A stretch of 64,000 bases of DNA from Tubiluchus corallicola (taxonomy: Eukaryota > Animalia > Priapulida), in contig JAQGDQ010000141.1 in assembly GCA_030141605.1 (NCBI GenBank), positions 1 to 64,000 of the forward strand. Direction: 5' to 3'. Both the position numbers and the translations under genes were made by a program. Positions 25,041 through 37,790 of the stretch are shown piece by piece. Under the pieces are notes generated by a model, which was not told the origin of the DNA, ran no database searches, and saw only the letters and a program-made list of their open reading frames with translations. Numbering within the stretch: position 1 is the stretch's first letter; each line of letters opens with the position of its first letter.

Positions 25041-25904
25041 TTCTTTCTTCACAACTGTGGCAGCTCGTAGCTATTCTAAAGAGAAGCAAACCTGCGATAG
25101 TCAACTTACTGTAATTTTTTACAAGAGAAATAATAAATCCGTCGATTAAGATAATGTGTGAAAATCCAGAAAACTGCAAATTCAATGCAGCAGCATCCTG
25201 GTTTTCTCCTGTTTTCTTAGACGAGTGGTGGCAATAAAATAATATAACAGGCAAACAAAACTAGGACTCGGAGTTGCTTATGAATTCATTTTTCATGCTA
25301 AATGAATAGATTAGAAGCTGTAGAAATAAAGCTATGACTGACTATGGCATTATGGCCAGATTCGTTTTATTGTACGATCAAATATTTGCTGAACAAATGC
25401 ATTAAGTTTTTATGACGGAGAAAATGTACGCGTATTAATTTAGTCAACCATTAGCGCAAAAGAGCTGAGAATGCAGAGTAGTCAATTTTTCTGAAACTCT
25501 ATTCTTGCTCATTTTAAATATCAGATACCATAAGCGAGTAAGCAGTCGGTTTTGTTGTTTTTTGTTTGTTCGTTTGTCGTTTTCGTCGCTCAGTCGTTTC
25601 CTCGTTTATTTGTTAGTTTACTTGCTTAATTGTTTCTCGTTCTTTTGTTTGCTCTTTATTTGTTCGCTTGTTTGTTCCTGTCAAACGAAACCTCGCCAAT
25701 GGATTTATTATTCCTTTCATCGTTTTTCATTCGTTTATTCGTTTGTTTGCTTGTACATTGTATTCAAAGTATTGTACACATGTATTCAAAGTACATATAT
25801 ACATGTATTTCTTGTACATGTATTCAAAGTATTGTACACATGTATTCAAAGTACATATATATACATGTATTGCTTGTACATGTATTCATTTCATTCGTCC
25901 GTTC

Positions 25905-26335
25905 GTTCGTGTGTCAAACCATCTATCCATCCGTTTATTTCTTCCATCATTCTATCATAAAATTTGTAATTGAGTATTCATTCATAACTTCAAATGTTTT
26001 GTAGGGCCTATCAAAGACTGGCAAAACAACCTACTATTCCTTCTTTCGTTCGCGTCTCAAACTATCTATCCATCCGTTTATTTCTTTCATCATTTTATCA
26101 TAAAATTTATAATTGAGTATTCTTTTATTAACTTCAAATGTTTTGGAAGGGCCTATCAAAGACTGGCAGAACAACCTACTATTCGTCCTTTCGTTCGCGT
26201 CTCAAACTATCTATCCATCCGTTTATTTCTTCCATCATTCTTCCATCATTCTATCATAAAATTGATAATCGAGTATTCATTCATAACTTCAATTTTTTGG
26301 AAAGGCGTTTCAAACACTGGCAAAGCAACCCACTA
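25905..26335. repeat. ~140-bp tandem repeat x3
   Basis: caaac(c/t)atctatccatccgtttatttct recurs at ~25916, ~26058, ~26202. Confidence 0.85.
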
Positions 26336-27479
26336 TTTAAATGTTCACTGATTTTAAAACATCAGTACTTTTAACTGCTTTCAGAAATTCGGTGACAATC
26401 ACGATGGTTTCTCCTGTTTCCCTTTTTCGCCAATTTCTCCAAAATTTAACATGAGTAACTCGTCACAACGTTGCAGTATTAGACTACACCGATTAAAATT
26501 CGCTTTTATCCACTTATATGTTAATATGGCAGCCCCTAGCTTATTATATAGCACTGTCTGCCTAGTATAAGTTTGCATAATTAAATTTTGTACACAAGTG
26601 ACATACTTGGCTGAACAGGTGTACTATTTGAAGTACAAACAAACGTCAAAGTCCACACCATCGCGTAGTTCAAGATGTAGATTTATACAGTATTCTGTCG
26701 TGCCAGGAGAAAGAGCACACGCGTATAATAAGGAAATCACATTCATAATCTTTATGTAACACATTTTGTAAATTGTCGCATCCGTTGTTACAGCTGTTCG
26801 TAGGGTTTGTGTACTATCAGCACATTCATTAGAGTTTTCCGAATGAAAGCGAAGTTACAGTGTCATAGAGACGACATTATAGAGACTCGAGTGTTGAATA
26901 TGAAGTCTTGAGTTCAAATTATGATGATATTCTAACAGTATTACTGCTGTAAAGCGGAAAACTAAACGGTGAAATTTACGAAACTTGCTTATTCTCTGTG
27001 CATAGGATATTTGATATATCATCTTTCGTCATGTCTTTCCCTTGGAAATCAAGTATGTTCATCCTGGACTTTTGTTCTCATGTTAGCTAATTGTCTAAGA
27101 TGTTTTACTAATTTATTTAATTAGCAATTGGCAGCTTCTAATTAGTAATAGGCCTAACCATGTTGCGCCTCTCGAAAAATTAAACACGCACGTGATATAA
27201 AATGAGAATGTGAGATATTAATTAAACTTTTAAACTAATTTCTTTCCTATTTGGTACTACTTAGTCATATATGTAATCTACGATTATTTTTCTCTTTATC
27301 CACACCAACCAGAGTCACAGTAGAATCGTCACAATTCTGCGTATTTGTAAATAACTAAATAAAGCTCAGTATATCTACACAAACACCCTAAAACATATTC
27401 ATAGGATATTACTTAGGCAATATTACTCTTCATGTTTTATCCTTACATGCAGCACATTAGGTTTTTCATCATCAACACA

Positions 27480-27571
27480 TTACATTTTCATTATCATCGT
27501 CGTCGCCGTCGTCTCTATTGTAGTCGTTGCCTCATCGACCATTATCTTCATCATCAACGTCATCATCATCA

Positions 27572-27606
<35 letters not shown>

Positions 27607-27863
27607 TCTATTGTAGTCGTTGCCTCGTCGACCACTGTCTTTATCATCATAGTTATTGTCATTATCATGATCGTCACCATCACTGTCATCATCGTCATCA
27701 TAATCATTATTATGATCATCATCACCATCACCACCACCATCATCGTCGTCGTCATCATCATTTTATAATTAGTCTGTTATTTACTGCGTTTTTTGACCTT
27801 CTTTGACGAAATTTTAGCTTAAATGACAGCCTGTACCACCCTTCAGCATCATTCATCATCATC

Positions 27864-27895
<32 letters not shown>

Positions 27896-28174
27896 CATCA
27901 TCATCACCACCATCATCATCATCATTTTATTATTAGTTTGTTATTTACTGAATTTATTTACCTTCTCTGACGAAATTTTAGCTTAAATGACAGCCTGTAC
28001 CACCCTTCAGCATCATTCATCATCATCATCACCATCTTCATCATCATCATCATCATCATCACCATCATCATCATCATTTTATTATTAGTTTGTTATTTTC
28101 TGAGTTTCTTGACCTTTGACGAAATTTTAGCTTAAATGACAGCCTGTACCACCCTTCAGCATCATTCGTCGTCG

Positions 28175-28205
<31 letters not shown>

Positions 28206-28300
28206 TTTATTATTAGTTTGTTATTTACTGAGTTTTTTACCTTCTTTGACGAAATTTTAGCTTAAATGACAGCCTGTACCACCCTTCAGCATAATTCATC
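27480..28300. repeat. (CAT/CGT)n tracts and a x4 tandem unit with variable (CAT)n spacers
   Basis: gacgaaattttagcttaaatgacagcctgtaccacccttcagcat occurs four times, separated by (CAT)n of different lengths. Confidence 0.9.
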
Positions 28301-28728
28301 AGCTATCGGTCTCACTACCAAAGTTTGCTCTTTCTGAAAACAACGCTGGGCTTGAGGAGTAACACGTGGAGCAGCAATCAATCATTACCCGGTAGCCAGA
28401 TCTCTCTCTTACTGTATGATATGGCTGCAAATGCAATAAATTCCCTCAAACATAGACGCGAGTATCATATTCGAGTTTCTGTCAGCAAGGGATTGTGAAC
28501 GTGTATATTAAAACGACAAGCAGCATTATAGAAACCCAAGGCGATAGTGGCCATGTCAAAAGCGTGTAATATTCTCGCCTTTACACTAAACTGTGCTTGC
28601 TTGGCAGACATGGGTTGAAGATGTTGTATAAGATTTGAAAATGAATGAGCAGGATGTAATCATTGCGCTCTGCACGCGAGAAATTAAATATTGCAGTAAA
28701 ATTATAATAAAAGTCTTTACTCAGCAGA

Positions 28729-29322
28729 AATTTTATATCACTTTATAGCCAGGTTGAGTATAGCTATGAAATTTGTTTAACTTACCCGCTTAGTACATAA
28801 ACTAAGTAGTGTAAAATGAATTTTATATCACTTTATTGTCAGATTGAGTATAGCTATAAAAATTTGTTTAACCTAAACCGCTTAGTACATAAACTAAGTA
28901 GTATAAAATCAATTTTATATCACTTTATAGTCAGGTTGAGTAGTACATAAACTAAGTAGTGTAAAATAAATTTTATATCACTTTATAGTCAGGTTGAGTA
29001 TAGCTATGAAATTTGTTTGACTTAAGCCGCTTAGTACATAAACTAAGTAGTGTAAAATGAATTTTATATCACTTTATAGTCAGGTTGACTATATAAAAAT
29101 TTGTTTAACTTAAGCCGCTTAGTACATAAACTAAGTAGTGTAAAATAAATTTTATATCACTTTATAGTCAGGTTGAGTATAGCTATGAAATTTGTTTAAC
29201 TTAAGCCGCTTAGTACATAAATTAAGTAGTGTAAAATAAATTTTATATCACTTTATAGTCAGGTTGAGTATAGCTATGAAATTTGTTTAACTTAAGCCGC
29301 TTAGTAAATAAACTAAGTAGTA
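28729..29322. repeat. ~90-bp minisatellite, ~7 units
   Basis: aattttatatcactttatagtcaggttgagtatagctatgaaatttg...ttagtacataaactaagtagtg repeated. Confidence 0.92.
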
Positions 29323-30549
29323 TAGAAAGAGAGAAGAAAGATGCTTGAAATTCATTATGGGTCTAGTAAGATGCTAAAAGTAAATGATTTTTATTATGGT
29401 TTACTTTTAACTGCAATCACTTCGCAACAGTGTTTACAGTTCGAGCGATAAAAATGGTAACTCTGTAAGAATTATTCCAAAACCGCAGCTGCTAATATAC
29501 AAATTACACAACAGGGTTGACAAGGCCTCAAAGCGAAGTCAGAAAGCCCTACTCCTCTTACGCATATGTTTTACCTAAAGCACTGTTCTACTATGGCTGC
29601 GAGAATGAAAGTTTTGTTACTGATTTGCTTGGTCTTTCAGTCTCGCGCAAGAGTGCGCAAAGGATGAATTAATTGGGGTTTCAGTAAAAAGTGCCGACAA
29701 ACGTTGTCGTGGATAGAGGAAGAAATGCGTTTCAAATTCGATTCCGGAATATGAGAATTAAATGCAACACCATGGAGACTAATTACTGCTGCAAATGCAA
29801 AACGCTTCACAGCGAACTAAATTCGACTTTAATACGCAATAAAGTAAAAATCGATAATTGTGGTTTGGTCTGATTCTGTGTTAAAACCCTTTGGGCTCAG
29901 TTCATTTAATTTTTGATTAATAAATGAGCTGCAGTGTTTATGAATTAGGCATGAGACGAATTGCTCAGTTCAGCTAACAGATGTTAGTAGTTTTGAATAC
30001 GAAATTATACTAAGTTTGTACAGATCCGAACACCTGACATCTAAGCACGCTAAAGTAATCGTTATATCACTCAATTTGCTCAAAGCACTCAAACATGGGG
30101 GGCACAGGAAACTCAAGTGTTATTAAAGATGTTAGGTTCTTCCTTCTTGGCAATTAAAATCGTTTTTATCTTGACTAACAAACGTTTTCAGTTAACTAAT
30201 GGATCATTTGAGTTCTGTGCAGAATTTATTAGCGAATAACAAACTAATCAAAAATGAATGAAATGAAACTGTGTAAGTGGGCGAGTTTAAGCAAATGTTA
30301 ACGCTCATTTAAACTACATTAAAATCTGTAAAAATTTCAGCCTAGAATGGCACTTTAGCAGGGTGATTTCACGCTATATCTTGGAAGCCTGAATCTTTAA
30401 TTGTTTCCTGGAGGTCTTTCTAACTTGGTGTGAAATTCAAGAACTCACCCGGCTTCCAATAAACGTAAACATTGCCCATCGAAATGTTAGCGTTTGAACT
30501 CTTAACGCTAGTTTAAAACTTTTGAAATTAAATAAACTTGAATGAAAAC

Positions 30550-30775
30550 TTAAGTACCCGACCCAATCATAAACTGCAAGTCAAAACAATTTACTCTTTA
30601 AAATATTGAAAAGAAACATGCAATTATTTTTTCAAAAATGGGGTCGCCCGCCGTTAATTAAGATTTTATTCTACTATTTAATTATTGGAAACGCTTTTGC
30701 AGTATTGTTGGTGTCAAAGTGTATGCTTTTTATCAGACTTGAAAATGGGGTAGTGTATTAAAATTCATCCTAACT
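30550..30775 (-). mobile_element. Family A Kolobok-like copy, internally deleted
   Basis: Both end regions present and joined at ~30640; ~165 bp upstream of the PKC exon acceptor. Confidence 0.65.
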
Positions 30776-31073
30776 TCCTCGAGCTTCTAAACAACTGTGT
30801 CTGTAGGTAATAAAAAGCAAGATGGCCTAGGCTTTGAGTGGCCAATTAATAAAAACACTAATAAACGGGAGGAATAATTTCTCTACATAGAATATTGTGG
30901 ACACTCGATGCTATTAATTAATGACGTGTTTTTTTTCAGAAAGCACTGACAGTACAGCTAGCAAAGGCAGCAAAGGTAGCAACGTTAGCAAAAGCAGCAA
31001 AGAGAGTACTGCTAGCAAAAGCAGCAAAGACAGTAGCACTAGCTTTGATAGCAAAGAGAGCAACAAAAACAAG

Positions 31074-31182
31074 ATGACCTCAGCGTTTGTCAGAATGAAG
31101 CTGATAAAGCTAGACCCGGAGGGAGCGTTTCGAGACCCCTTTGTAGCTGTCAACGTGAAAGAGGCAACGGAGACACCAGGAG
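31074..31182 (+). CDS. PRKCD: Novel PKC (delta/theta-like), coding exon 1: start of novel C2 domain; exon probably begins at acceptor 30940
   Basis: MTSAFVRMKLIKLDPEGAFRDPFVAVNVKEATETPG resembles the PKC-delta N-terminus (MAPFLRI...PFCAVKMKEA); acceptor ttttttcag ends 30939; donor G|gtatga at 31183, phase 1. Confidence 0.9.
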
Positions 31183-31699
31183 GTATGATTAATTCAATGT
31201 ATAAAGTTGTAAAGTGGGAGGTTTTGCATTTCGGAAATTCCCCTATAGTGATAAAATGGTTATTCGTTACGTAAAATTGCCGGCAATGGAATTTTCCATG
31301 CATAAACTTCGAGACTATTCTTAAACACGACATTTTTGCATAATAAGAGCTCGTATGTTCTACATGAGGATGCAAATAGGGTGCGATATTTTAAATATTC
31401 AAATTTTGTATGACAGAGATAACATTATATTTTGACATACAACCATTGATTGGATCTAAATTGTTGCAAACAAAATCCATTTTTAGTAATATAAATACTC
31501 ATACTTATCGATCTAGTTTTGTCTACACTAGTCTAGTAACCAACTAACTGTATCTTAAACTTCCTTGTTAACCTATGTAGTTACGTAGATAAAATTTATC
31601 TTATATCCAATTCGAATAAAACGATATGTTTGTTTTATTGTCAGGGAAGGGCAAAGGTTATATAGTGTACACAAAAGCAAAAAAATTTCGGTACGGTTT

Positions 31700-31880
31700 T
31701 CAATGACTGAGTCATCAGCAAACACACTACAAATTGAATGGTTCACATGAAGATGCATATCACTGACATATAAAAGAAAAAACAGAGGTCTTAATATGGA
31801 CCCTTGTGGCACGCCCACATCAATTATGGTAGCGTGAGAAAAATTTCCTTTAAATTTTACGCACTTGCGACGTTTGAACG
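31700..31880 (-). mobile_element. CR1/L2-group LINE reverse transcriptase fragment
   Basis: GVPQGSILRPLFFLLYVSDM...VFADDS RT motifs. Confidence 0.88.
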
Positions 31881-32269
31881 TACGTGTAGACTCAAGTAAC
31901 TTTACGTTAATTCGTCAACACACGAATAGGTTTTTTGTCTACATATAAACAAATGGCCAAAATTTAAATCAGCGTTTACCTTTGCGTGGTGCACTCACCA
32001 CGGTATTCATCACCAAAATGTTTTAAAACTAATCTTTGAATCGATTCTGTAGCCTGTATGGCAGCACTACCGTCATTTTCGTCTGTTCCAACAGTTCGTG
32101 GCTTAACGTATGACTGTCATTGTGGGTAAAGCAATTTAAATGGTCCTCTTAGTAATCTTCATATTGACATACGCATCACTGCTGATTTGACTACATTATC
32201 GCAGCTGTAGAATAAGTTGTCGATTTTCTAACTTTCCGCTGTCTACGTGACAAGGTTTCTTCTACGTGA

Positions 32270-32585
32270 GCAGAGCGGTAAATTTGAAATTTGAATCTTT
32301 ATCTTAAAACTTGGCCTAATTTTAGTACAAAACACTGAATATCTTACACTGTAGTTCAACTTTCGCTTTCACAAACACCTGCAACACACGCGTGGAATGT
32401 TTTTGCTGTTGAAAATTATGTTAGTTTGTGATGTTATCAATAGTCAGGCTCACGCCCGCCGTTAATTAAGTTTTTAATCTACTATTTAATTATCAGAAAC
32501 GCTTTTGCAGTATTAATTATGTTAGATGCATGCTTTCTATCGAATTTGAAAATGGGGTAGCATATGAAAAATCTCCCTCTTTTAA
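32270..32585 (-). mobile_element. Family A Kolobok-like partial copy
   Basis: Aligns with ~35090-35400. Confidence 0.7.
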
Positions 32586-33489
32586 GGTTACAAGAATGAT
32601 AGAGAAACGGTTTTATATGAAGCCATTCTTCTAATCTGTTGTTACATTTGCTGCCAATTTAAAACTGGCAAAGATCTTTTTTGTTATGTACGAAGAAATG
32701 CATTTATTGCCAGAGACGTACACAACTAAGTTTAAAGCACAAGAAAACATCCTTCATTAACAAAGCTTAAAACATTAGTCTTGAAATGTTATGTTGCTTA
32801 CTTGCTGTCTTATAATTGTATACAAAACTTGCGTTAGTAGTAGCCTGCGTAAAACTAGTAAATTTAAACTCCCTCGACAGCCGTCAGGCACAGACATTAT
32901 AACGGTAAATCCTTTGAAAAAATAGTCAAAGCATTCGTGGCACACTCTTTGCTAACTAAACAAAAATTTAAATTACTTCGTATTGTGAATGAGATCAATA
33001 ATCTGTTTTCTGTGAATCAGTGGTGCACACTCGGATGGCAATGCAGCCCGGTTTACCAGTTGGCGCCAATATTTTAAATTATTAAGAATCTTCCTTTCCA
33101 ATTGTACAAGTCTTTCAAACAGTTAAGCAAAATGGTAATTAGTATAACTTTGTCCGGAAAGTGTTTTAGGATATACTTTAAAATTCCCTGTTCTTCTCCT
33201 TTAACTAGAGGACTATTTTCAGTGGCGTTTGTTCATTCAAAGTCAGATGAGGTGAAGATTTTCGTGTCCTACGTCACTAATAAATAATCTTCCCTGCAAT
33301 ACTTTGCAACCACGAGATCCCTAATATTTTGACCATGAAAACAGCACATGCCTTTAGCAAAAAAGAGCGCCTTAACAGTGTTAACTCTTTCAGGTTTGAA
33401 CTTTTTTTATAATGTTTCTTTAATGCGCAAGAACAATCGTTACTTACATAAAGCTAAACAAATTCGTCTTGAAATATTGTATTATCTAC

Positions 33490-33595
33490 ATACTGTACTG
33501 TACTGTACTGTACTGTACTGTACTGCACTGCACTGCACTGCACTGCACTGCACTGCATTGCACTGCACTGCACTACACTGCACTGTACTGTACTG
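33490..33595. repeat. (TACTG)n/(CACTG)n microsatellite
   Basis: Direct reading. Confidence 0.95.
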
Positions 33596-33639
33596 ATATA
33601 GTGCACAGAGATTGTATTGGCGGCAATGTTGTATATAAA

Positions 33640-34523
33640 ACTTGTAAATTTAAACGCCCGCGAATAACGGTTAGCCGCAGCCATTTTGACAGTAGGTCGT
33701 TTAAAGCAAGTTTAGGTCACATTGCCTAAAGTTTGAAAAAATAATCAGAGCTTTCGTAGCGCACACTTCACTAACTAAGCAAAAGTATAAATGAGTGTAT
33801 CTTGTCAATAAAATTAAAAATACTTTTTAGGTGAGTCAGTGCTGCACACTGGGAAGGTGAGTCAGTGTCATGAATTTTGCGAGTAGATTTTGCATTAATT
33901 ATTTTACCTGTTACATAAGTCTTTCAAACAGATAAGCGTAATACCAAGTAATACATCAACAATATTAACACGCCCTTCATCAAAAATAAACTTCCACTCC
34001 TCTTGGAGCCAACATTAAATCCAAGAACACACAATATTAAACAAATTCAACTTTGATATACCCTGCCATCAAATTTAAAACAAATCCAGTCTTTTGACGA
34101 ATTCAAATCAAAATTAAAAATACATACATTAAATCGCTTTGAAAACCCAACATACGTAAACCATAATATGTATTCATCCGGAAATTTTATTTACCCATGT
34201 CCATTTTAAATTGTAATGTATATATTGTATATATTATAATTTGCGTGTAACATTATAATGTATATTTTGTTTTAAATTTTTGGCACAGTAGTTTTTAGTT
34301 TGCACTGGACGCATTTGCCTTTAACAGTTGTGTGAATTTTGTTCTCATGCTGCGATGTTCTTTTATGCTTTTATAGTTATGAATATCGATTTTTTATGGC
34401 AAATGAAGATCATTATATATATATGTCCCAAAAAACATATATATACATATATAATACATATATATATATATAATACAACTTTGTGCGGAAAGTTTTTCGG
34501 GGCGTACTTTTCTTCTCCTTTAA
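33640..34523 (-). mobile_element. Family B copy interrupted by a LINE 3' fragment (~33945-34400, +)
   Basis: Matches 59690-59820/60436-60660; insert encodes IQSFDEFKSKLKIH-like CR1/L2 terminus; element resumes ~34470 and ends ctcctttaa. Confidence 0.55.
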
Positions 34524-34798
34524 GATAATGTCTACTTCAGTATCTCTGCTGGGACGTCAAGCCAGAGCAACTTTCAAGTAGTCATGCATTGTAAAACCTG
34601 CGTAAGATCGCCGCTTAATCACATCATCAATCCTATTACACTATGAGTCTAGACGTCTACGTCTAGAAAGCAACGTGTAACTCATGACAAGATTGTATGA
34701 GACTTTAATAGTCATTAAGTCAAACTATTCCTGTCTTTTGTTGTTTGCTCTTTCCAATTAAGATCTCAGATGTAGCACGTCAGTTATAAAGTAATTAA

Positions 34799-35406
34799 AG
34801 CTAAACCTGATCCAATCTTAAACTGTAGGTCAAAAAATCTACTCTTTAAAATATTGAAAGGAAACATACTATTTTTTCAAACATGACTTACGTAAAAGAA
34901 TTATCACCACACAAACGCAATTTCACGTTCGCGCCACTAGTTCTTCGCTGTTACATGCATTTCGCCATTCGCTAGTTAGACTGGCGCCTGCATTTCGGAA
35001 AACCATTGCACAAAAGCAGGTGATGTACCTCTCAGTTCAGGTGTGTTAGTTTGTGACGAACTACGCACGTTCGACAGCTCATGCGTGAGTGCAGCGGTAA
35101 ATTTGAAAATTGAATTTTTATCTTAAAACGTGCCTAGTTTTAGTGCAACACACTGAATATCTTACAGTAGCACTGTACTTCAGTTCGCTTTCGCAATCAC
35201 ATTCAACACTGTCGTGGAATTTTTTGCTGTTAAAAATTATGTTAGTTTGTGATGTCATCAACAGTTGGGCTCACCCGCCGTTAGTTAAGTTTATAAAGTA
35301 TTGTTTAATTATCAGAAACGCTTTTGCAGTAATAACTGTGTTAAAATGTATACTTTTTATCGGACTTGAACGTGAGCTAGTGTATGAAAAGTCATCCCGT
35401 CTTCAT
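34799..35406 (-). mobile_element. Family A Kolobok-like full copy
   Basis: TTAA at 34795-98 and 35407-10; reverse complement of 16737-17358. Confidence 0.78.
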
Positions 35407-36655
35407 TTAAGTAAGTTGTTCTGGTTTTACGTTGGTGACAAGAAAAAGAATATCAGCCAGATAAATAATTTATTTTTCGATTCGACATAAATGTAAATAT
35501 AAAATGTCATATTAGTACATACACGTTACCATGTTAAATATGAACAAGCATAGACAAGGAATCATTCTTATGACTTAGGCAGTTTCACACTCGTTTGAAC
35601 ATAAACGTAGACAGAAACACCTTCAGACAGATGTGTGCGGCGTGGCTGTATGACTGGTCTGAACGAGACCTTGGGTTTGCACTTGGACATCGGCGTAAAG
35701 TGGACGTTGCTGTGAAATTCCTCATAACCTGGACGTTAGTTTGGACGTTTGCGTAGTGGACTAGTGGTACATAAGATATGAATATGACAATGGACATGAT
35801 TTTTGAACTAGACATGACTAAGGACATAGAGAAAAGCAGACACGACTTGAGCAGATGTAAATAATATATTACATATCTGAACGTATATGTTGCAGGCACA
35901 GTGCAAAATAGGGTATCTCTACACAGTGCGAAATAAGGTATTCTGCAAAATATCATAGATAATGTAAAACTTTTCATAGACGAACTATATCATTCTTTTG
36001 CTTCGGATGTATGGTTCCTAGGCATTTTATAGAATGCTGAAAAAAATTTATGTAACCTGAAAGTAAAGCAAAAGAAAATTTTACATAATGTCTAAGTTTT
36101 ACACATAAATGTGTAAAGATGATAACCAGTTATCATTTAAAATGATAACCTTGATAACCAGTTGTATATGTCTGTTCTCAACTAAAATGTATTTGTTGTG
36201 CAGTAGAAAAACTCCGATCAGTTTTACACATTACCTGTAAGGTATACATTGACACCGACGTAGACAGACACGAAAATAAATGTGGTTGTTCAGAACATAA
36301 ATTCACATATTGTATACATAGATATATATTATATAGTAATAATAGTAAAACAATAATTAACAATGCAAGTATTGACGCGTACAATGCATATTTCATGAGT
36401 GGTAAATAAACATGTTCGAATTGAATGTGCAGTGGGTAATGAACACTGGCCTGTTTTGCAAAAATGTAGCTCTGTGCAAAATCTGTAAATTCCAAAAATG
36501 CTATACGATCTGACATTCTTGTCCTTATCTTAAAAACCAAATTAGTACATACTCTTGTAAAAACTATATATATATATTATACAATATTTTTCACATACAT
36601 ATTTATATACATAAATTCTATAATGATGGATGTGAGAAACGTCAAATGTCTATAA

Positions 36656-37790
36656 GAAGCACTGAGTAATCAGAGAAATTAAACCATTTTTATGCTACGA
36701 CTACAAATGTTCATTCTTATGTCATTTCTTGGAGATGTTATCAGTAGTTTAGGTTTTGATTCTAAACAGCTGCATACACTACTCTAGATGCAATGGAATT
36801 GCATAGATTCACCCATTAACCAAAAATTTCGCTTCAACAATTTTTGATTGTTATCAGTACTTTAGATTTTGGTTCTAGACAGCTACATAGTCTACTCTAG
36901 ATGCAATGGAACTGCATAGATTCACCCATTAATCAAAAATTTCGCTTCAACAATTTTTGATTGTTATCAGTACTTTAGATTTTGATTCTAAACAGCTGCA
37001 TACACTACTCTAGATGCAATGGAACTGCATAGATTCACCCATTAACCAAAAATTTCGCTTCAACAATTTTCGATTGTTATCAGTACTTTTTATTTTGGTT
37101 CTAAACAGCTGCATACACTACTCTAGATGCAATGGAACTGCATAGATTCACCCATTAACCAAAAATTTCGCTTCAACAATTTTTGATTGTTATCAGTACT
37201 TTAGATTTTGATTCTAAACAGCTGCATAGACTACTCTAGATGCAATGGAATTGCATAGATTCACCCATTAATCAAAAATTTCGCTTCAACAATTTTTGAT
37301 TGTTATCAGTACTTTAGATTTTGGTTCTAAACAGCTGCATACACTACTCTAGATGTAATGGAACTGCATAGATTCACCCATTAACCAAAAATTTCGCTTC
37401 AACAATTTTCGATTGTTATCAGTACTTTTTATTTTGGTTCTAAACAGCTGCATACACTACTCTAGATGCAATGGAACTGCATAGATTCACCCATTAACCA
37501 AAAATTTCGCTTCAACAACTTTCGATTTGCGAATTTTCTTCGCCAAGATGCATGGCAAAGAAGCACTGAGTAATCAGAGAAATTAAACCGTTTTTATGCT
37601 ACGACTACAAATGTTCATTCTTATAACATTTCTGGGAGATGTTATCAGTAGTTTAGATTTGGGTTCTAAACAGCTACATAGACTACTCTAGGTGCAATGA
37701 CACTGCATAGATTCCCCATTAACCAAAGATTTCGCTTCAATAATTTTCGATTTGCGAATTTTCTTCGCCAAGCTGCATGGCAAAGATCAA
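36656..37790. repeat. 113-bp minisatellite (~7 units) nested in a ~230-bp duplication
   Basis: ttatcagta...cgcttcaacaatttt units from 36738; flank aagaagcactgagtaatcagag at 36655 and 37559. Confidence 0.93.

Noticed and set aside
30914-31375. 153-aa Leu-rich minus-strand ORF
   Set aside because: Antisense shadow of the PKC exon's AGCAAA repeats
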